Assembly: GCA_950097015.1 (NCBI GenBank)
Contig: CATNEN010000001.1
Coordinates: forward strand, 13,578,001 to 13,642,000
Direction of reading: 5' to 3'
Length of the DNA: 64,000 nt
DNA from: Macrostomum hystrix
Taxonomy: Eukaryota > Animalia > Platyhelminthes
The translations under genes were made by a program, and so were the position numbers. Below, piece by piece: positions 55,201-64,000 of the stretch. Positions within the stretch are counted from its first letter, which is position 1. Each line of letters starts with the position of its first letter. A model generated the notes under the pieces. It saw only the letters and a list, made by a program, of their open reading frames with translations, did not search any database and was not told the origin of the DNA.

Positions 55201-56189
55201 CGCTGCGGACTGGCCGCATACCCTGTTAAGGTCAAAGGGTGACACCTTTTCCTCCAGCCGGGGCTAGAGGTACTCAGTTTGGCCAGAGGCCCTGGATGGG
55301 TCATCCAGCTCTGTTGCCCATTCTGTCCGGCAGCCCTAGGGTCAGCCTTGAACACTCGCGGGACGTGTACCCATGGGTCAGCTGACGGGACAGCGTGAAG
55401 GGATTCCTGCACCCGAAGGCACAGGGCGACTGCAGGTGTGAGGCATCGCAGACCTTAGCCCGTGGGGAAAAGTTACGCAACTTTGAAAATATGAATTCAA
55501 GTGGGAACCTAACATACCAGAAGCGATCAGACTGCTGTCGGGATGACATGCTCAAAATTAGAAATTTTAAAGAGAGAGCTTTAATAGATAATAATGCTCA
55601 CTCTATCTGATGAAAAACCTAATTTTCGTAAGGTCGCTTCTGTTAATAGGTAATATACTTACACTAGACTACTGTTAGTAATGTAATTTGCACATAAACA
55701 AAACTTTCTTGTTAAAAATGTAATTCTCTACGGATTTACATTACACTATCTAGATCTATCAATTTTTTCCACTCTCAAACCCGTCCTGTCTAACAGGCAA
55801 CACACTAGAGCCGGTTAAAAAAACACCGTCAGGCTCTTATGTGGCCTGTATATAAGTTTTATATCCAATCAAGTCTCACCCCCCTACAGTTTAGTGACTA
55901 CTCACACACACTACTCATAGTAACAATGATAAAATGCCAAAAACCAAATTACAATAAAACCCGAATTTCATTCCACTTGGTGATACCTCAGCTGCTTGTC
56001 TTTTCGAATATGCTCACCTTTTCGAATTCCCATCACCTTTCATCATTGAGTCTCGCCCATTCCCCTCTTAAATTCGAATCACACAAAACTCGTTTACAAA
56101 TAAATATGGTGCAAGAGCGAAAGCTGACGCACGGGTCCAACATTCCGGATAGGGTTGTTGGCACCCACACTTAATACCACAGACTCTTT

Positions 56190-56208
56190 GCCGTAAAGAC
56201 GGTCTCTT
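56190..56208 (+). other. Second short SL-like segment GCCGTAAAGACGGTCTCTT
   Basis: 18-nt exact identity with 46613-46630. Confidence 0.5.
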
Positions 56209-57453
56209 GACTCTCTTGGCCACTCTGTCCCTCGGGGCTAGAGATGCTAATACCGGGATCCCGGTTTCGAAATATACCGGTTTTGGGCCAATTTTTCGGT
56301 ATTACCAATACCGGTATTAGGGATGGTCCGGTATTGGTCTAAAATTATGTCTGTATTTTTACAAATGTGAGATTTTTTGTTTAAAATGCATTTTACTAGA
56401 AATTGAAAAATGCTTTCGCTTCGGATTTTTAGCTTTTTAATTTTTTAAATTCTGTATCTGTCAATAACAAATACCAATACAATACCAATCAATAGCCAAT
56501 ATCCATCAACCAAGCCAGCACTCATCAGTCAACGACTCAACACTCAACAGTCATCAATCATCGCATGATCGCATTCGCATCGCATCGCGATTCGCATCAG
56601 TCATCACCATCACTTATCACTCATCAGTCATCGACTCATCACTATCAGTATCAGGCTATCAGCAACAGCAATCAACATAAATTAAATAATCGTTTATGAA
56701 AGTATAAAAATACATAAATATAATGCTTTTATTATGCAGTAGGTGTGTAGGTAGGGCAGGCCTATTGCCTAATTGTGTTAATTATTGCTTCATAAATTCA
56801 CGAATTTATAATTCCTGCACTCATAGATAAGATAAAAATATTATCATAATTCATGTATACAGTAATATAATATAGGCCTAATGTATATTTATTGTCATTG
56901 ATGAATATGAATGTTCAGCTTATATTAGTACTCAGTATAATAGGTAGGTAGCATAGAAATATCATATATATGTATCTATAGTTATTAGTCATGTTACTCA
57001 TGTAGAATGTTGCCTGTAGACTGTAGCCTGTAGCTTGGTTGCAGATGCAGCTGCTTTCACTATATATATATAGCCATAATGTAGGGCCTAATATAGGCTA
57101 TGTAGCTAGCTACTATTTTAGTAGCTACAGCTAGTATTAATAAATCTAAAAGTTTTTAACTACCAAGCTTAAAACTATTAGAGAAGTTAAAAGCAAAGAT
57201 TGAAATTTTGAGCTTGGATATTGGATCCTTAGTGTTAGAAGAACTTAGAATTAGAAGTTGTACGTGTAAATCATCTAATAAAGTAATTGCTTATTGTAGT
57301 TTGTTTTTGTAGCAAATCATTTTTAATGAATAATTTTTTTCTTTACTTTTCAGAGTCAACATAGGCCTAGCAACAGCAAGTCAGCAACAGACAGCACTTG
57401 GCTATCAGATTGTCAATGTCAAGTCAACTAATGTCCAGTGATAATGATAAGCA

Positions 57454-60400
57454 ATGGCAAGCTATAACTGTAAGAAATCATTGACATGGGCTTATTTCTC
57501 TCGTCTATCGGCAACTGAAGCTATGTGCAATTTATGCAATACCAAGATTTCAACAAAAGGAGGTTTAACATCAGGAATGCGCACTCATTTGCAGTCTAAG
57601 CATAATGACCTTTCTGATTCTACTAGTCCAGCTAGGCCTATGGCTACAATCTCTACTAGTACTACTTGTACAAGTTGTACTACTCACGGGCCTAGCCAAG
57701 CAAGCAAACGCAGTGCTGTTTCTGATACATCTGCTACTACTGCTGAAACTGGAAGAAGTGCTGGAACTTATTCTCTAGCTCCAAGTCCAGCTCTAGGTTC
57801 TTCTAGTGCAAGTCCAAGTCCAATAGCACCAAAGCAAAGGCGAATTGGTGAATTTTTTAGAGCCAAAGTGGAAGATCCAAATTTGGTACTGGCTAGAATG
57901 GTAGCTAAAGATGGAATTGCATTTTCTCTATACATTACGTCAGCAGATCTTCGTGCCGCACTTCATGCCCGAGGGCTTCAACTTCAACTGCTAAAGTCTA
58001 AAGATACCATCAAGGCTCGTGTGTTAGACTTCGCTGCAGAAGTTGAAGAAAAAATGAAAAGTGACCTAAACATCCGTCGCGAAAATAATGAACGGTTTGC
58101 TTTAACGATTGATGAATGGACTGGTATTAATAATCGTCGCTACATGAATATTAATGTCCACCTAGCAGACCGGTCACTATTCAATCTTGGCTTAGTCCGC
58201 ATCAAAGGTTCCATGAATGCAGAGCTTTGTGTGGAACTTGTGACTTATCACATAGCCAAATTCGGACTTGACGTTAACTGTGACATCATTTCATGCACAA
58301 CAGATGCTGCTTCAGTCATGGTGAAGTTTGGGAAACTTCTCAAAACAGAACATCAGTTGTGCTATTCGCATGGTATACATTTGGCTGTGTCTGATGTGCT
58401 GTATACCAAGAAGAGCAATGAAGAGAAGATCCAGTCTGCTGCTTCTGAAGAGACCTTTCAAGCTGAGCAGCCAGAACTTCCAGAAGGCAATTTACAAGAT
58501 TCTGATGATTCTGATGAGGAAGTTAAGGATGAAGAGTACTCTAGTGCTTCTTCTGCTACTGCTGGTCTGTGGAACCTTGGCTATGATGATATTCCTTCAA
58601 ATTGCATCAAGTTGACTGCTTCAGTGTTTGATGCAATCAAGAAAGTGCGGGAAACTGCAAAGTTTTTCAAGAAAAGCCCTACCCGCAATGATACTTTCCA
58701 ATCATTTGTCAAGGAAGCACTTGGTCATGAGCTTTCCTTACTTCTGGATGTACCGACAAGATGGAATTCTCTGGTGCACATGACTGAGCGATTCTTATTG
58801 CTGCTGAAGCCCATTCAGCGTACACTTCTGCATTTAGACCTGGGGGCGCCATTCGATCGAGCTGATATCAAGTACATTCAGGAGATTACTAATGCCTTGA
58901 AGCCTATTGAGTTGGTAGTGAGCGTATTATCACAGCGTGACTGTACAATTCTGGGGGCCCAGACATCAGTTGAGTTCGCCATCTCCGAACTGAGTGATCA
59001 AGGCACCAAGTTGGCTGAAGATTTGGCAGCTGCTTTGACCAAGCGAATTAAACAACGTTCTGGTGCTATTGTTGATGCTGTTAGCTTTCTAAACCGTTGT
59101 GGCAAGGCTAACACATTATGTGAGCTAAACACAGTCAAGTACACCCTGGTCTCAATAGCAAAAAAGCTGGCTTTGTATCCAGGACCAGAATCAGATCCTG
59201 GTGCTGGTGGCAGCACCAGCAGCATCATCTGCTGCTGGCAAGGATGGCAATGGTGCCAGCAAAGTAACTGCATCGACCTCAAGCATGGAGTCACGGCTCA
59301 GAAAAGCACTCCAGGAATGCAACCTGCCAAAAGGACAAAGCTCAAATTCTCTAGAGTCAACAATTGGTCGTGAGCTAGAATTTCTACGAGTGAAATGGGT
59401 AGGGTCTTTTACAAGCCAATGACCCCCTCGTGATTGATAGGAGTGTGGAAAACGGCGATAGAGTCGGAGGTCGATCGCGTAGCTGCTCGCGAGTTGTCGC
59501 AAGAAGAGGGATGAGATGAAGGGAGGGATGAAGGGAGAGACGAGGAGGTACAATGGATGCAGGGAGTGGTCCTATTGGCCTCAGGCTGGCCAGTCCCACT
59601 CGTCCCATAGGCCACAGGCGTGACTGCCGTGCCTACCCCTAGCAATGCTCGAAACCGGCCAAAAGTATAAAGTGAGGTGTCGGACTATCCGTAAGCAGAC
59701 AGGACAGGGCTAGAGAGCCTACTATCGTCAGTTAGCATGTAAGTAACTGACTCCTAACCTTGGTAGCGGTGGTCGAAACGGCCCAGGCTCTTGTCACAGA
59801 AATGCGGAAAGGCTATTGGCAAAGCGGAAAATGATCTCAGGTAGCGCCACCACCCAATGCGCCTACGTTGCCACCGAAGACATTTGGGAACTTGGGTCCC
59901 CGGAGTATACAGCTCCCAGTTCATCACACAGATCTAGACAAGCCGAAAAATAGGGCATTCTGCAACTTCCGTTTTAGACTGGGGTGAGAGCCCCAGAATG
60001 GATCGAGACACGCCTCAACAGGGGATTCCTGAATTCGCGCTACAGGGGTCTCGAAAGGTGGTACTAAGAACTCGAATGAAAATCCATAGCCAGAATCCTA
60101 CTCATGAAACATCAGACACATTCCGTACATTAGACTGCAGCCTACACATTAAGTAACTAACAAATCGAATCTGTGAGAGTTGAGGAAATCAGAGGCTGGA
60201 GAGATTAAGCAGAACACTGGCTGAGTGATTACGCAAGCGATGATTATTAGATCACACCTCTCGCTCCCATGGCCGCGGTCACGAGAGGCGGGGAAAAGCA
60301 GGAGAATTTAATTGGCAAAGGAATTTGACGCGCACACTGGAATCCGCCAGTGAGCGAGGAAAGCCGGCCAAGGAATCCCCCGCACCTAGGCAGCAATGCA

Positions 60401-61905
60401 CACGCTACATTCCGCATTTTACTCGCGAATCCCTAGCTCCCTATTACTCTTGTGCGCGCTCACAGTTGTCTTCCTGCCGCAGCCTTCAGCTCGGCCTCGC
60501 CGGAGCCCACCCCCTAAGAGTTTAGCCACTCATAGCTGAGGGCTGTCTAACAGATAAAATAAACATGGAGAATAACTCGCAGAGAGGATTTAAATTGTTA
60601 TTAAAGGTTGGCCTATGATCAATAGATTTGGCGATAGTTGTGCTAATTTATTAAGCCAAAAGTCCTAGTGCCCTTTTCCCACTAAAGTGCCGCCTAGTTA
60701 AAGAAAAGTCCCTTAGGATTAACAATTACAAAACCGCTGCGCGGGTTACTTAGCTGGGTGCCGATTGCGTGCCACAGGCCTGTCGTTCTCGAAGGAGGGC
60801 AGGGCAAAATAGCAAAGACAGAGAAGGGAAAAAGCTAAAATGAGCTGGCAGAGGCCAACACACTAGTGGAGCTCTATGGCTCAATTTGAAGGCTCACCTA
60901 AAGAGGTGGCTTGAACTTAGGGGATTAGGAGCAGGCAATGTGCCTGTGGACTGGTCTGAGCTTATAGCTCTAGGGTCTAAGCCCTAAGTGGAAGTAGGAG
61001 GTCGATCCGGTCCGGACGGAGTCGGAAAAGAGATCCGGTCCGTCGGGGAGGGTAAAGGTGAAGGTTAAGGTCCTAGAGGGAGCAGCGCAGCGCGCTTGCT
61101 TAAATAGTCCTGCAGCACGCCAACCTCGACATCCATCAAAATAACCCACATTCGCGCCAGCCTGTCAACGGGGAATCGAAGCGGCGATGGCCGCCCCGAT
61201 TACCCAATGAACCGACGGCGAGAAACGACAGATGCTCCTCGAGAGCAGCCGCCGGCAGACAGCCAATAATTGTTACTCCGCCAGGACAATGGGAAGCGCA
61301 GGCGCCGACCTGCCTACAGTGACATTTACATGTATCTAAAGGAGGGAGGTCATAAAGTCGAGCTGGGCTCGAATACTGTAAAGAAGTGGGGACATGAAGA
61401 ATTAATGATCACTCATAATGCCCGAGTGATTCCCGATATCTGATCGCGGTTTGGAGGAGAATTAAGACCTAAACTACTCATACAATAAAAGCTATGGCCG
61501 CGATCAGTCATTCCTACAGGGGTCTAGACAGATCCAGGGAGAAGGGATTCGACGGCTACTTAATTCACCGCCGCCCAAAACCAGGCCCTAAGATTAATGA
61601 TCTTGTTTGCGGCCAGCTGCTATGTGGGTCGCAATTATTAGATACTTAAAAATTTGAAAAATTATGCTGGCTCACATTCCCACTCGATTCCCGCAGCACA
61701 CTCCACATCACGAGCCACTGGCCAAGGTGGAAGACTTCTCGAGAACCTATACCAGGCTCTAATGACAATTCCACCCACAAGTGTAGATGCAGAGCGTGCA
61801 TTTTCGGCGAGCGGTACCTTTCTATCAAAGGTGCGATCACGGCTATCAGATGAGACATTGTCGAAATTGATTTTGCTCCGTCATCACTTCAATAACATGA
61901 AATAG
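57454..61905 (+). pseudogene. hAT transposase (BED zinc finger, DDE, C-terminal dimerisation region), disrupted by a frameshift near 59200 and an insertion at 59391-61710
   Basis: WAYF..CNLC..HLQSKH, LTIDEWT, TTDAAS, CYSH, DVPTRWNS. Rejoined ELEFLR|ATGQGG..TIPPTSVDAERAFS..RSRLSDETL. Confidence 0.92.
59391..61710. mobile_element. 2.3-kb TG...CA insertion (large solo LTR or non-autonomous LTR element) nested in the hAT transposase
   Basis: Termini TGAAATGG...CCACATCA with a 4-bp TSD CGAG. Removing it restores the transposase frame. No recognisable ORF. Confidence 0.85.
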
Positions 61906-62890
61906 TCTATTGCTTTGCACTGCACTACTGACTAAGAAAGACAGCAAATTTTATGCCACAATTATAAAACCTTGTTGTTGTCAGCATGTAAATCCCCATA
62001 AAACTATTTCACAATGTGTTTCTCAGCCAAGCTGAGCTGACTTGGGATGGATGGGAACGAGGCTGGCGGTCGGCGGAGCGATTTCGCGCTCCGCGCCTTC
62101 TTTTATAATCTTCACAAAATTCCTCTCCTTTAGGCGGAGGGGAGGAAAGAGCCTTCACAACGGTACGCATCAGAGATGTTTTGAGTGGGGACGCAGCCCC
62201 CAGCATTCGTACTGCGGAAAGCATGGGACTAGCGGGTTGCTAGGCTAACTGAGCCCGCTCTCGGAGGGGGAGTCGGGGGGTTGTTGAAACGCATTGGTTG
62301 AGTTAGGAAGTTCTTCCCCCAATCCTTTTGGTTCTCTCTCCCTCATCGTCATCGCCCGATCTGCCAGGTCCTCTCCAGGCGTGATCCAATTCTTCCCTCG
62401 CCGATCCAAGCCGTCGCCGGGCCCTGCTCAGCCTCCTGCCAGGGGGTTGGAGGCTGCTGTTGATCGGTTCCCCTCCGAGAGCTCGCTCCTTCCGGCAGTC
62501 CGGCCGGCTCCAGCCTTGCAGCCTTGCTGGTTCCTGCTTTGCTGCTGGGGCCGCATCGTCCTCCGCTGAAATGAGAGGGTGGGCGTTATAACTTGTCTAT
62601 AACAAATTGATTGGATTTAAAAGTTAGGACAATTCAGTAAATGATTTATAATGCATTCAAAAGATAGGCAATAAGAAAATAATAGGAAAAATGCAATAAA
62701 ATTTGACTTTTTTGAAATTCGGGAGCCAAAATATGAAAAAAGCTATTGAGTATTGAATACCGGTATTCAAAACCGGTATTGGCGAAATTCCGGTATTGAA
62801 TACCGGGATCCCGGTTTTAGGCAAGTCTGGTATTTTAGCATCCCTACTCGGGCCGAGTATTTTATGAGCTGGTACTGTGTTTTTTGTGTA

Positions 62891-63200
62891 CCATTTAAAT
62901 CTTAAATTAAATTTTTTCAAGTTCAAACCTAGTTAGTCAATATTAAAGTTGCTTTAAATAGTTAGATTAGGTATAGTTCTTGCTTTTGAGGTATAAATTA
63001 CTGCTCAATTGCTTGATTTGGCCAAATAGTTGGCTAATTTAGTTATTAAATTCTTATACATAGAAATTGCCATTTAAATCTTAAATTAAATTTTTTAAGT
63101 TCAAACCTAGTTAGTCAATCTTAAAGTTACTTTAAATAGTTAGTCTAGGCATAGATCTTGCTTTGAAGACCTATCCTGTGCTTTAGTTGTCTGATTTAGC
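62891..63200. repeat. AT-rich tandem duplication, period ~179 bp
   Basis: CCATTTAAATCTTAAATTAAATTTTTT..AAGTTCAAACCTAGTTAGTCAAT at 62891 and 63070. Confidence 0.8.
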
Positions 63201-64000
63201 TTAGTTCTTAGCATTTAATAGTTTGCATACATTTTTCCCATTAAAATTACAAACAAAAATTTTCTAACTTCAGCTAAAAATTGCTACTTTGTATCAAAGT
63301 TAAAGCCACTTACCAGATTGCTTTAACCTCTAAAGTTCGCTAACCAGCATCAGCACTTGTTAATTAGGACTTAATACATATTTAAATTTCTTGGAACCTT
63401 AGAGGATTAGGCCATTCTTAATACTCACAAATTAACAAAAGTGACACTTGAAAAGTTCGGCAACTAAGCCAACTTATCCAATCTAAATACTTACTACTTA
63501 CTTACTTATACTTATTCTTACATAAATCAATAATTACTACTCGTTTTACTTGATTACTTGCTTATTCTTTTACATTTATCCAAATTGCTTACACGTTTTA
63601 AGCTACTAACAGTAGCAACCACAGCGAAAAAATCAAATACAAAAACACACATTTGAAATACCAAAAATAAAACAGTTTTATATTGTTTTATATATTTAAA
63701 TTTATATATTCTTCATTTCCTCGCTCCACTCTCTGCTCCATAGGCTCTTTTAAGTAGTCATTTTGTATATTAGTCAGCAGCGCATTTAAGGCCAGTAGTA
63801 TCTTCACCAGTTTTAGTTTTAGTCTTAGTGGAGTCTGGAATTAAAGCGGTTGACTGATTAATTTGTTCACACACCTTGCCTACTTGCCTATACTTGCTCC
63901 AAACTTCTCTCGAACCGAAAACAAACTCTTGAGACTACTCACCTGAGCAACAATGGAAGTAGACTCTAGGCATGTTGCGGAGCTTCCAGACGCCTCCGAC

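Larger units (their letters stand above)
56239..62846 (+). mobile_element. hAT-superfamily DNA transposon with both ends present
   Basis: TIRs TAGAGATGCTAA-TACC and (rc) TAGGGATGCTAAAATACC. 8-bp TSD CTCGGGGC (56231-38) and CTCGGGCC (62847-54), one mismatch. Subterminal ACCGGGATCCCGGT and AATACCGGTATT palindromes at both ends. Confidence 0.92.

Overview
Eukaryotic, intron-rich DNA, most likely from a Macrostomum-type flatworm. This is an inference from a spliced-leader-like sequence, GC-rich exons and minisatellite-packed introns. There are three host genes: EFHC2 (+, 5'-truncated, 1-4755), a PKA catalytic subunit (+, ~14.5-32.3 kb) and an ATF6-type membrane bZIP factor (-, 36172-39588). The PKA gene has two tandem 127-nt mutually exclusive exons covering the catalytic loop. 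It also has four candidate alternative first exons, one being the canonical MGNxxxxKKG exon with CTG where ATG is expected. About 17 minisatellite arrays occupy 1-38 kb, and six share a CTGTTAGA(CA) core. The long ORFs in them are artefacts. The 44-63 kb region is a nest of transposons: a decayed LINE whose gag-like ORF1 is preceded by an AlkB dioxygenase domain (plus a second partial copy running into an APE endonuclease), tRNA-derived SINEs, two spliced-leader-like sequences, a gag-env-like/integrase LTR-element chimera interrupted by a solo LTR, and a hAT transposon with both ends intact, interrupted by a 2.3-kb TG...CA insertion. All calls were made by eye and no database searches were run.
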